64,000 bases of DNA from Methanobacteriota archaeon (GTDB taxonomy: Archaea > Halobacteriota > Bog-38 > Methanoflorentales > Methanoflorentaceae), in the NCBI GenBank assembly GCA_963719035.1, contig CAVRAO010000008.1, positions 160,001 through 224,000 of the forward strand, read 5' to 3'. The notes below the pieces were generated by a model, which had not been told where the DNA came from, searched no databases, and saw only the letters and a program-made list of their open reading frames with translations. Below are positions 18,695-28,591 of this stretch, piece by piece; within the stretch, counting starts at the first letter, position 1; every line of letters starts with the position of its first letter. Made by a program: the position numbers and the translations under genes.

Positions 18695-20023
18695 ATGACG
18701 AAGGGACTGCTCATCGCGGGAACCAAAAGCGGGATCGGAAAAACGACGGTCGCACTCGCCATCCTCAAAGCGCTTGTGGACTCAGGCTTTACGGTGCAGT
18801 CATACAAAGTAGGCCCGGATTTCATCGACCCCAGCCACCTCGAAAAGGTGACTAACGCGCCGTGCTATAATCTTGATTCGTTCATGATGGGTGACGACGG
18901 CGTCAGGCGAGAGCTGGCAAAATCCACCGCCGACTACGCCATCATAGAAGGGGCAATGGGCTTCTATGACGGGATCTCAAGCTGCGCTCAGATTGCAGAC
19001 CTGGCGAAAGTGCCGGTTCTTCTGGTGATTGACGCAAGCGCTTCTGCGGAAAGCGTCGCTGCAGAGGCTTTAGGGTTCGTGAGGTACGCATCTTACACCC
19101 CATACGAACTCACGATAGCTGGCGTTATAGCCAACCGCGTCAGCACCCAAAGACATGGTGAAAGCATACGACGGGCGATGAATGTAATAAATGTGCCGCT
19201 GGTCGGAACGGTTGAAGGAAACGCCGAGGGCATCCCGTCACGACATCTCGGACTGCATTTGGGGTCGGAAGTTTCACTGTCCAACGCCGCCTTAAAGTCA
19301 ATCTACGAATCACTGGATATCGATTTTATAAAACGAATAGCGGCGCCCATCGCGCCTCACAAGCCGCACGAGCTGCGCGAGAAAACCGGCACATACGATG
19401 CGCGAATTGGGATTGCTTACGACCCCGCATTTTGTTTCTATTATCGCTCAAACATCCAGTCAATTCAAAAACACGCCCAAATTGTCTATTTCTCTCCCAT
19501 GCGCGACGCACTCCCAGACGTCGACGGGTTGTACATCGGCGGCGGGTATCCGGAACTTTATGCTACCCAGTTGAACAAGAACAGACGCCTTCTCAACGAT
19601 GTGAAAAAAAATGCGGAAGACGATATGCCCGTTTACGGCGAATGTGGGGGGCTCATGTACCTGTCGCGCTCGCTCACCACAACTGATGAAGAAAGAGTCA
19701 CTATGGGAAACGTTCTTCCGATGGACGTTCAAATGACAAAAAAGCTCCAAGCCTTAGGGCATGTAGCGGTCGAGACTGTTATGGAATGTCCAATCGCACA
19801 GCGCGGCGATGTCTTACGCGGACATGAGTACCATTACTCGATTGCTTCGCTAGATTCTGATGCGCGATTCGCTTATCGCGTAGCACAAGGTAAAGGAATT
19901 GACGGACGTGATGGGGTAATAGAGGGCAACGTCGTGGCTTCGTATCTTCATGCGCATGTATACTCTATGCCTCGCGAGTTTGACTTGTTTTGCGCAAAAG
20001 CGAGTGCTTTCTCTCACACGTAG
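18695..20023 (+). CDS. Cobyrinate a,c-diamide synthase family (CbiA/CobB or F430 CfbB)
   Basis: SGIGKTT, KVGPDFIDP, IEGAMG, SRHLGL, AFCFYY, GGGYPE, GECGG, RGHEYH. Confidence 0.9.
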   Translation: MTKGLLIAGTKSGIGKTTVALAILKALVDSGFTVQSYKVGPDFIDPSHLEKVTNAPCYNLDSFMMGDDGVRRELAKSTADYAIIEGAMGFYDGISSCAQIADLAKVPVLLVIDASASAESVAAEALGFVRYASYTPYELTIAGVIANRVSTQRHGESIRRAMNVINVPLVGTVEGNAEGIPSRHLGLHLGSEVSLSNAALKSIYESLDIDFIKRIAAPIAPHKPHELREKTGTYDARIGIAYDPAFCFYYRSNIQSIQKHAQIVYFSPMRDALPDVDGLYIGGGYPELYATQLNKNRRLLNDVKKNAEDDMPVYGECGGLMYLSRSLTTTDEERVTMGNVLPMDVQMTKKLQALGHVAVETVMECPIAQRGDVLRGHEYHYSIASLDSDARFAYRVAQGKGIDGRDGVIEGNVVASYLHAHVYSMPREFDLFCAKASAFSHT

Positions 20024-20335
20024 AATCAATCGCGAAGGGTGTAGTGATAAGGTCACAGCGGGCGTTAGGTGTGGTTTCACCCCTCGACCGTTTCAATGTA
20101 GTCGCAGCGACTGATATTCGTAAGAATCAAGATGTTACCTTTCCACTGCGACTTCTCAGAGGTGAGGTCATTCAGACATTAATACAACAGCAGTTTACCT
20201 GAAGTTCAATGACCAGGACCTACAAGATGTACATGCTAATGTGCCGGTTTAAAACCTCTTAATTGCGTCTGTGGTAGACTACAACAGCTCAGCTGTGCCA
20301 GACTATCGAACGGCCTTGTTTGCCTAGTGCCATAA

Positions 20336-20485
20336 TTAAATTCTTACGATATCAGCGTAAGCGTTGGCTACGCATTTGGCGCACAACTTGCTGTCCGGAC
20401 TTACTAGTCCCAGCCCGCACTCCGTATTTATGTCAAAATAGCAATAGTTGAGGGCGAGTGCTGTTGTTTTGACTTCTGCTTCCAT
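20336..20485 (-). CDS. Small Cys peptide (49 aa; C-x7-C-x11-CxxC)
   Basis: Strong SD AAGGAGGTGA; MEAEVKTTALALNYCYFDINTECGLGLVSPDSKLCAKCVANAYADIVRI. Confidence 0.6.
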   Translation of the reverse strand: MEAEVKTTALALNYCYFDINTECGLGLVSPDSKLCAKCVANAYADIVRI

Positions 20486-20611
20486 TTGTTTATTCACCTC
20501 CTTTACTCTCATGTAAGCAGGGAGGACACGTGCCGCCATTCGCAAGTCCAGGAGGCTGGTACGCTCTTCCTCACTTTCGATAACCCAAACAATAAGTCAA
20601 TATGTAAATGT

Positions 20612-20636
20612 GCGTGACACGACTTCTGTGTTACAG
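20612..20636. promoter_or_regulatory. Operator candidate GCGTGACA-N9-TGTTACAG
   Basis: Same left half-site and spacing as 10847..10871; upstream of the second Cys peptide. Confidence 0.5.
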
Positions 20637-21338
20637 ACTAACACTGCGTGCGGCAAACTGCAGTTAAACCGACGAGTTTAGATAGTTTTTATAATAAGTA
20701 AGTGCCTGAAGACGTAGGCATTTATTCGTGCAATTTCGTTTTTATTTGAGTAAAGAGAAGTGTTATTGCAATTTTTAAACAGGCTTACGCGGCGGCTTTT
20801 TAACTACCTTCATGCCGCTAAAATCGCTTATACGCCCACCCTGCCATCTTCTGGAACATTAGCTCGGTTCTAGACCCGCCGTCGTCCATCATTCACGTTC
20901 TCATGCACCCGGTGAGATCGTCCTTTTCTATCTTTAAAACAAAAATACTTACCTTCAATCTCCTTTTCGAGCTCTTGAAACGCTTTTTCGTCCGGTGACA
21001 CGATCACACAAAATAATTTTAAATCATCCAACGCCTTTTTCGGATTCAGTGGGTCTATCTCCATCACTCTAGCCTGCTATCGTTAAAAAACACAAAGTTT
21101 ACGAAGCCAACCTAATCCGCGCGAACAAGCGCCCCGACTGGCTCAGGCATCATCACTTCCCTTGTTTGTTAGCTAAAGCCTACAAGTTGTAAGAACGGGC
21201 TCTTATTTTATTATTGCGTTGCAGCCAAGTGTGACGCTAAATTGTAGTCACGCGGGTTTACATAACGACGTATCGTTGGTGCTATCGGGAGCAATGAGGG
21301 CATTGCTGTCACAACACCAAAAAGGCGAGTCAAACAAA

Positions 21339-21641
21339 ATGAACGAACAAGAACATAAGATAATGGAGGGAGTCAAGAATATGCCTACCCATAAGAAAGT
21401 ACCCGATGAAATTGCTGTGGCATCGGTGACAGCAGCATGCGTCATCGGCCTTGCCGTAGCGTTCAAGAACGTTTTTAACGTAAATGTCCCTTTTCTCTTC
21501 TCAATAACCGTTCCGCTCTATCTATTTATTGTTTATATGATTACACGGCCGACGGTACAAAGATTTAAACACGAAACACTGCTGTGGAGTGCAGTAATAG
21601 TTCTCGTGTCCGCGTTCACGCTTCTTTTTTACGTTCTGTAA
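21339..21641 (+). CDS. Small 3-TM membrane protein
   Basis: Three hydrophobic segments; start uncertain. Confidence 0.55.
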   Translation: MNEQEHKIMEGVKNMPTHKKVPDEIAVASVTAACVIGLAVAFKNVFNVNVPFLFSITVPLYLFIVYMITRPTVQRFKHETLLWSAVIVLVSAFTLLFYVL

Positions 21642-21903
21642 CGTTTTATCATCTCCTTACGCGGCATATCGTGTTCCGTTAAACCTATCCTCTGGGCTAA
21701 ACGCAGCCCTAGTAGGATGGCAAGCGTAAACGGCCACTATACGCGAGTTTTACGCTGCCGCTACTGTTTCACGCTCACAGATACAACTTCAACTATTAGT
21801 GATAACTGCGCGACGGAACAGGCGACCAGGATTAAGCGCGGGTATAAAAGGCGTCGGTATATGCCTCGTAAAGCTATTAGTTCAAAAAAAGAAAAGATGC
21901 AGG

Positions 21904-22221
21904 TTACTTAGCCTGCATCCACCGCTGCATCATTTCTGCTAAAGGCTCGGCGACCCTCAGGTCACTTGTATAGAAACCCAGCATTTTATTGATCGCTGGT
22001 TCTGCGGACCATGCTAACATCGCCTCAAAACTTGGGGCTTCATACACCATAACCTGCAAGTGCTTACGATGTACGTTCCATCCGCCAACTATTTTGATGC
22101 CGTGTTTGTTTGCGAGCTCTTCGAATTTGCTCATGGCTTCAAATGTCACCTTTCTCACGCTCTCGTTGTGAGTCAGACAATCTGCGGCAGTGTGCTTAAT
22201 AACCGACAAAAACGTCAGCAT
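21904..22221 (-). CDS. DUF3303/GYD-like dimeric alpha-beta barrel protein
   Basis: SD AAGGAGG; KHTAADC, KHGIKIVGGW..H..VMVYEAPSFEA pattern. Confidence 0.6.
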   Translation of the reverse strand: MLTFLSVIKHTAADCLTHNESVRKVTFEAMSKFEELANKHGIKIVGGWNVHRKHLQVMVYEAPSFEAMLAWSAEPAINKMLGFYTSDLRVAEPLAEMMQRWMQAK

Positions 22222-22241
22222 CTTTGATTCGCCTCCTTTCA

Positions 22242-22357
22242 CGTTTAGCGGCGGTGGTAGTGACCCCGCTTTTTCTTAAAACGCGTAAATAGGCACCTTA
22301 AGGAAATAAATGTTGTTGCAACGTCCGCTTGTTATACTGATGGGCTTTATTTTCGGC
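22242..22357 (-). repeat. Duplicated promoter/leader module, copy 1
   Basis: Closely matches 23525..23641 (core AGGCACCTTAAGGAAATAAATGTTGTTG identical). Confidence 0.85.
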
Positions 22358-22850
22358 CTACGAACGGCAGTGCGACTCAATCTCATTTTGTTCTTTGCGA
22401 TCTAAGGAAGTTCACAGAACAACACGGCGACATATTGCAGTTGGGATCAGGCAAATCGAGCGTACATAATGACGCACGGAGTCAGCGGAGTCGATTGGAA
22501 GCACTACAAACACCCATTGCCTGCGCACGTGTATAATACCTATATGCGATATTGGCGAGATGTAGATTTGCAATTTTGACCGCAGGGAGCACATTCATGC
22601 GAGCGGATGGATGCAAAATATCTCAAATCGGTTACACTAATGGTGCATTCGTATTGACGGTGATGACCCAAAGGCAAGAACGTGCCGAAAGTGAAAAGAA
22701 AAAGAGGGGGCTACAAAGAAGCGAGGCCTACATCACCTTTAACTCTTGTATCAGACGCTGCACCTTTTGATCTCGCTTCGCGAGGCAACTGGAGCTCGTT
22801 TCTGAAAGGCAATGCGCTGAAACTTTCGCCCCTGTATTATCGAAGCACCA

Positions 22851-23171
22851 CTAATAACCCTGCACGGCCGCAGCTGCTTCCTTTATCACCACCCTCGATT
22901 CGGCAACATTAAGCACCGGGTATATTTCCCACGTGATGATCGGCCGGTACTTGAACATGACCGCGGCCAGGGCTACTTTATCGTCGAGCTCGCTTAAAGC
23001 GTATCCATCCATTCCGTTGCCAAACTGTCCCCAGTCGCTAAATGACCCGTAGTGCAAATCTACTTTTGCCATTTTGAGCATCGATGAGAACAGTTTCCCT
23101 ATCTCTGTTGGCGTCGTGGGAAGCTCAAGCTTTGAATTGTCAACGTGCCACCTTACAAAGAACTTTGGCAT
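22851..23171 (-). CDS. DUF3303 family protein
   Basis: MPKFFVRW, DWGQFGNGMDGYALSE, FKYRP; SD GAGGTGA. Confidence 0.7.
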   Translation of the reverse strand: MPKFFVRWHVDNSKLELPTTPTEIGKLFSSMLKMAKVDLHYGSFSDWGQFGNGMDGYALSELDDKVALAAVMFKYRPIITWEIYPVLNVAESRVVIKEAAAAVQGY

Positions 23172-23185
23172 TTTTCACCTCGTTA

Positions 23186-23509
23186 TCATTTAATCAACTG
23201 CGCGGTCGCGGCTGCTTGATTTATCACCGCTGTCGATTCGTCCACACCATACACCGCATTTATGTCCCACGTGATGAACGGCCTGTACTTGAACATGACC
23301 GCAGCCAGGGCTACTTTATCGTCGAGCTCGCTTAAAGCGTATCCATCCATTCCATTGCCAAATTGTCCCCAGTCGGTAATTAATCCATTGTGCAAATCCT
23401 CTTCTATCATTTTGAGCATCGATGAGAACAGTTTCCCGATCTCTGTTGGCGTCGTGGGAAGCTCAAGCTTTGAATTGTCAACATGCCACATTATAAAGAA
23501 TTTTGACAT
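23186..23509 (-). CDS. DUF3303 family protein (tandem paralog)
   Basis: Long blocks identical to 22851..23171; SD GAGGTGA. Confidence 0.7.
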   Translation of the reverse strand: MSKFFIMWHVDNSKLELPTTPTEIGKLFSSMLKMIEEDLHNGLITDWGQFGNGMDGYALSELDDKVALAAVMFKYRPFITWDINAVYGVDESTAVINQAAATAQLIK

Positions 23510-23524
23510 TTTTTCACCTCGTCG

Positions 23525-23641
23525 CGTTTTGGCGGCGGTAATAGTGATCGCCGCTTATTCTTAAAACACGTAAAGAGGCACCTTAAGGAAATAAATGTTG
23601 TTGTAACGTCCGCTTGTTACAACGACAGGTTTTATTTCGGC
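23525..23641 (-). promoter_or_regulatory. Duplicated promoter/leader module, copy 2, with operator GTTGTAAC-N8-GTTACAAC
   Basis: Perfect 8-bp inverted repeat at 23600..23623 just upstream of minus-strand TTTATT; leader hairpin GCGGCG...CGCCGC. Confidence 0.7.
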
Positions 23642-24090
23642 TGCTAGACGGCTGAAGTATGAGGGATCGTGAAATGGGTGCCGGTGCGTCGCTATTATCG
23701 TCATCAGAAAAAACCCATCATGCTTAAAAGTCGAGCTTGTTCATTGTCGACTGACAGCAACGGCAGTTTCATTTACCCATGCGAGTTTGATCGCAAAATC
23801 TTCGTTGAAGATCAAGAGAGTTGACGTTTTAGCAAATAGTTAGCTCTCACTTTTGCTTCTGCTAAACCGCCCTTGCCAAAAAAATCAGCATCCACAATAA
23901 ATGCATAGCGGAATTTTTAGATCATGTTAATTTGATTAATATTCTTAATAATTTTATAAAAAAAATTGAATTATTAAGAGAGAGCTTACTTGACGGCAAA
24001 ATTTGCCTTATTGTATAAATTCGCAGTATCGCACCTAAAAGGAGGTCAAAATAGCAAGCTTTATTTCCCAAAATGTGTATTTTCGGAAAT

Positions 24091-24617
24091 GTGAAGAATA
24101 TAACCGATTATTTGGAGCGAGAGCAGGTCGATGCGATCCTTGAGGCAGCGAAGATCACAAATTTTAGAGACTATCTCCTCATCCGTGTATTGTGGCGCAC
24201 TGGTGTCCGTGTAAACGAGTTAGTCAATATCAGGCCGGGAGATATTGAGTGGAACAATCAAGTGATCAATATTATTAAAGCCAAACGTGGAAAGCAGCGA
24301 AGAGTGCTTCTTGACGAAGAAACCCTTAAAATGCTCTCCGATTATGTCTTAGCACAGAATACCCCAGAGGATCACCTATTTTCGGTCTTACAAGCAGACA
24401 AATCCGATACATTGTCAAAAAATACGGGAATACGATAGGCGTTAATATACACCCGCATATGCTAAGACATAGTTTTGCGATCCACTTGGTTCGCGGCGGC
24501 ATGGATTTGCGGCGGTTACAGCTTCTTTTAGGACATAGTAGCCTTAATATGACGCAGATTTATTTACAATTCAAAGATGATGATATTCGAGAGGTTTATC
24601 AGAAGGTAGATTTTTAG
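24091..24617 (+). CDS. Tyrosine recombinase/integrase, catalytic domain only (1-nt frameshift near 24373)
   Basis: TGVRVNEL (R), KAKRGKQR (K); in the shifted frame HPHMLRHSFA, LLGHSS, TQIY, so all catalytic residues are present. Confidence 0.85.
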
Positions 24618-25273
24618 ACGTGGTATTTTTATAAAAGTGAGAGTTAAGAGCCCAAAAAAAAGTTAAGAAACAATAGTCGACCAAGTAGAAAAATTTGATG
24701 CTCCTTGAAACTCATATAATTTGATGATATCTAATTACTTTTGTAACTTCGAGAGCTGTAATTATGACTGAATTACGCTCAAGATATCTTCGATTGAAAT
24801 TTAACGTAACATCTAACGAGTAAAATTAGGTCGCGTACGTTGTTTCTTATGATGTGCTATCATTAGCTCAAAATGAGTGATATTAGACGAGCTAAATAAG
24901 CTGAAAAACGAGATATATTTAAGTAAAAGTCTTAATTTTAGGGCCATCTCATGCATTTTGTTGCTAAGTCATTAAATCAAAATTATAAAAGTAAGTTCCA
25001 ACCTGTAATGACGAATCATAGAGATTGGGACAAATAACATTAATTTAAATAGTTATTATTTAATAGATATATTAAAATTAATCTAATATGTTATAATAGG
25101 TATGATTATTCTTTTAAATAATAACTATATCACTTGTAGCTGGTCTTACAATCTATGCAGGAATAATATAATAGGCTTAAGCCGTATATTCCCAAAAAAA
25201 ATCAGGTAAAAGTGAGAGTTAATGCAGTTGCCGATGCGTGTGAGTTGGCGAAAGTTAAAATTTGGATCGCGGC

Positions 25274-25495
25274 TTATAAATCGCCATCAAATACGGCTAG
25301 AATCGTTTCAAGTTCGTCTTTATCAACACCTTCTTTTGGGTGGAACTTTATGCCATGGTCCCCATGATGGTGCTTCCTGTGATCATATTTACCTATTAAG
25401 ATAGCTTGAGGAATTCTTAATGGAAATGCTTCACATCGCTGCGCTTTTCGATAATATTTGCAGACCAAACACATTGAAACTGGATATACTGGCAA
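25274..25495 (-). CDS. Small phage-type CxxC protein
   Basis: CLVCKYY...CEAFP.RIP..I..G.YDH.....GDHGIKF pattern, recalled from phage head-gene regions; SD GGAGG before TTG. Confidence 0.6.
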   Translation of the reverse strand: MPVYPVSMCLVCKYYRKAQRCEAFPLRIPQAILIGKYDHRKHHHGDHGIKFHPKEGVDKDELETILAVFDGDL

Positions 25496-25844
25496 AATGA
25501 GGCCTCCATTTTCGATTTTTTTTCCATCGTCGTAATGTGAGGTATTTCCGTTTTAAAAAGGGAAAGGTTCCTTTTACATGATCCCATTACTTATCGCGTC
25601 CCATTTCCGCGTCGTGATCGATGGATTATAAACTGTTACTTGCACTAAATAAATATTTACAGTAAAACCCCATCGCCGCGCAGGCAGAGGCTCCATCCCC
25701 AGAATCGAACGCGACGATTGATGAGCCTAAATTTTGGAACTCTCACTTTTGCCAGTTCAGACTCAATTAGTTTCACTTGCCTTTCAAGACATATATGAGC
25801 GTGTGCCGTCTTAAAGGGAAAAAAGAAAAAGCAGGCCGTTAGGC

Positions 25845-25880
25845 CTATTTTGGCTGCATCATCTGCATAGCTTCTTCCAT
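25845..25880 (-). pseudogene. C-terminal remnant of a DUF3303-like gene
   Basis: MEEAMQMMQPK* resembles the LAEMMQRWMQAK* end of 21904..22221; both are followed by a similar T-rich tract. Confidence 0.35.
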
Positions 25881-25952
25881 CGTCTGTTTAATATTTGTCG
25901 TTAAACATATTAATAGGATGGACACATTTAACGTTGCTGAGGTGTATAAATC

Positions 25953-26048
25953 ATGAACCCAAAGCTTGAGGATTTTTTTACGATCGCCGAGTTCGTGATG
26001 ATGGTGATCATTATAGTTCTATTCATAATGTCGTTCTTTCTGTATTGA
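25953..26048 (+). CDS. Small single-TM protein (31 aa)
   Basis: SD GAGGTG 8 nt before ATG; MNPKLEDFFTIAEFVMMVIIIVLFIMSFFLY. Confidence 0.45.
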   Translation: MNPKLEDFFTIAEFVMMVIIIVLFIMSFFLY

Positions 26049-26717
26049 CGGTTGTGAGCGTTTGTTAGTTGCTCGTCGGCCAGATCACATAAAGTCCTTT
26101 AACCAATGCTAAAACGATAGTCACTCAAATATCCGCGTTTTTATCCTTTCGCCCATCTAGGAATGGAATAATCGCTTCCACTACATGCAGAAGAAGCGGG
26201 CAGCAATGTTGTATACAAATCTTGTCGCACTCAGGCGGAATTTCGAGAACAGGCTTGTCGCGCGCCTGTTAGATCAGCGAACTGAGATTCAATAGCAAAA
26301 AGCTGTTGCTCGTAGCCTGTATTTGACTCCGCTTCCGTATGATACCCACTAGATTAAAACTAGAAATGCTTCGGATAAACCTCACAGAAGCTATGCTTAT
26401 GCTAGTCTGCTAGTCCTATGCACTCGTGTCGCCGTGCTCCCACACCGTAACGTTCTGCAAAGGCCAAACTGGGGATGCTATCGAAAGTGTTGCCAGCCAA
26501 CTTATGATCGACCGTAACCAGTTCAAGACCGGCGCAGTCAATTGCTACAGGATCGGTTCCCGCAAGTATGTAGCCGAGACACGCTTTCTACCTCTTCTTT
26601 TATGACTCTGGTTACCTTCACAAATGTAACTTTGTTATTTACGATAAACGAACTTTTTGGTGTTGACATAGCAAAGCGGGTTTCGTACTTCAGTGAACGC
26701 TCCGACAGGCGGTGCCG

Positions 26718-27542
26718 TTACTTATTGATCTCTTTTCCACAATAGGGGCATGTAGACGGAATATCGCGTTCCTGTGCCCTCCTTCTTTGATACTCTTCAT
26801 AGAAAGCCGATCCAAGAATTCCGGTAGGTAGCGCAAATAGTGCAATGCCGAAGAAAGCTATTGCACTACCGACTACCTTGCCGATTGGAGTAACTGGCCA
26901 TACATCTCCGTAGCCGACAGTGGATAGCGTAACAACAGCCCACCACATCGCGTCGGGAATACTTCCGAATTTTGCCGGTTGTGAGGGGCCTTCAACAAGC
27001 CACATCACTGCAGATGCTGCGATGAGAACCGTTGCTCCTACAATTGCAACCGCGAAGAGTTCCCAGCGGCGTTTGTAAAGGACTGTTTTTAGAATATCAA
27101 ACGCAGGGCTATAGCGGCTAAGCTTGAATATCCTTAGCACAATTAGCAGCCGAAGCGCGTGAGTGATAGGTTCATCCACGACAAAGAGCGTGAGATAGAA
27201 AGGCACGACCGTTATAAGATCAATGATGGCTAAAGGCGTGAGAGCGTAACGCATCCGTCCTCGAATCGTCTCCTTAAATCGCTCGTCGAGCGTACACGTC
27301 CAGAGACGCAGTGCGTATTCAACCGTAAACACGATAGTTGAAAAGAGCAGGAACGAGTAATAGAGCACTGCGCTATGTTCATAAAATGCCCGATCGCTCG
27401 CAAGTATGACGGCAAGCACGTTAAGACAGATAAGAAAGATGAGGAACCAATCTACAGCCTTTCCTATTAGACCGGCCCGGCTACCACTTAGAGCCTTAAA
27501 AACCTGATGTTGTGCTACGCGATAGAAAGATGAGACATTCAC
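26718..27542 (-). CDS. Voltage-gated potassium channel
   Basis: S4-like ALRLLIVLRIFKLSRY, SIPDAMWWAVVTLSTVGYGD filter, C-terminal CPYCG. Confidence 0.9.
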   Translation of the reverse strand: MNVSSFYRVAQHQVFKALSGSRAGLIGKAVDWFLIFLICLNVLAVILASDRAFYEHSAVLYYSFLLFSTIVFTVEYALRLWTCTLDERFKETIRGRMRYALTPLAIIDLITVVPFYLTLFVVDEPITHALRLLIVLRIFKLSRYSPAFDILKTVLYKRRWELFAVAIVGATVLIAASAVMWLVEGPSQPAKFGSIPDAMWWAVVTLSTVGYGDVWPVTPIGKVVGSAIAFFGIALFALPTGILGSAFYEEYQRRRAQERDIPSTCPYCGKEINK

Positions 27543-27845
27543 TGTTCTTCCTCGAACACGTAAGCTGCATCGATATATTAATGCTCGGGCGGGTCGTGCA
27601 ATTTTGCCGTCTTTGCTTTTGCAAAAGAACGCAGTCTGAGCCCCTGCAATTCGCCAACCACCATCAGACAACGCGCCGCAAAATACCCGCTCTCGCGGAT
27701 TAACGACCGTGCTTTTTAATTGGCCAGACCTAATTTAAGCAGGCAAAAGGAGAAAAAAACAAGAAGGGAGTGCTAACTTCTTTTGTTGCCCATTCTACTA
27801 TCGCCACAACACAGTATACGCTACACGCTAGAAGCAACGTTGTCC

Positions 27846-28538
27846 TCAACTGATGATGTTGAAAGACTGTATCATTTTTTGCGCAATTTCGAGATTCGAA
27901 GCGTATGCGCTCTGCGTCGCCTTGTACAGCACAGTATATCCGGTGTTGTTAGCCACTGTTACCACTAACAAGCTTTGCGTGGGACCAGACATGAAGACAT
28001 ACTCCTTGGAAGGATAACCTGAAAGTGTGCTGTTGCTGGAGTTGAGCAGCTTGAAGCCGGACAGCAACTGACTGCTGACTGATATCTCATCCGCTGAGTA
28101 GTTGCTAAGCGTCGTATTCGCCGGTAACGCTACGGGCTTGTTGACCGTAACGGTGCTGACTTCTCCTATATTGTTATACTGGCTAGTATTGTTAAAAATG
28201 GCAAATCCTTCTGTTGGTTGCGTTACTTGCCAAGACGAAGGATATTGGATCGTAAACCCAGAAGAACGATTCCCATACGTGATATATCCTAACACAGGAG
28301 AGGTATTCAGAGGAGATGGGGTGCTGTTACCTACGTTGTACGTGCAACCCGAACTGAAGACCGTTGCTGCGAGCACTATGGCCACGATTATAGAGAGCCA
28401 CTTTTTTCCAGATATATCGACTTCCTTTGCATGTTGTTGAACCTGAGGTAAAAGGCCGTCGTGATAATATTTCAGTTTATAAAGAAAAGGTAGAATAGCG
28501 CAAAGCAAGCAGGTTGCTGGTAGACACGATGTGCGCAA
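27846..28538 (-). CDS. PsbP-like lipoprotein (start uncertain)
   Basis: Hydrophobic segment ending SSGC, GFTIQYPSSW, TLSGYP, MIQSF. Confidence 0.7.
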   Translation of the reverse strand: MRTSCLPATCLLCAILPFLYKLKYYHDGLLPQVQQHAKEVDISGKKWLSIIVAIVLAATVFSSGCTYNVGNSTPSPLNTSPVLGYITYGNRSSGFTIQYPSSWQVTQPTEGFAIFNNTSQYNNIGEVSTVTVNKPVALPANTTLSNYSADEISVSSQLLSGFKLLNSSNSTLSGYPSKEYVFMSGPTQSLLVVTVANNTGYTVLYKATQSAYASNLEIAQKMIQSFNIIS

Positions 28539-28591
28539 GTCCAGAAGTTCCGTTCTGTATACGCGGCTGTCAACTCCCAGCAGCTATAGCG

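Larger units (their letters stand above)
23843..25750. mobile_element. Tyrosine-recombinase locus with four AAAAGTGAGAG sites and AT-rich cargo
   Basis: Motif at 23843-23856(-), 24633-24645(+), 25208-25220(+), 25738-25750(-); integrase gene; strongly AT-rich 24650-25200. Confidence 0.55.

Noticed and set aside
25690-25715. tRNA T-loop-like GTTCGATTC on the minus strand near the integrase (possible att site)
   Set aside because: T-stem does not pair and no cloverleaf can be built
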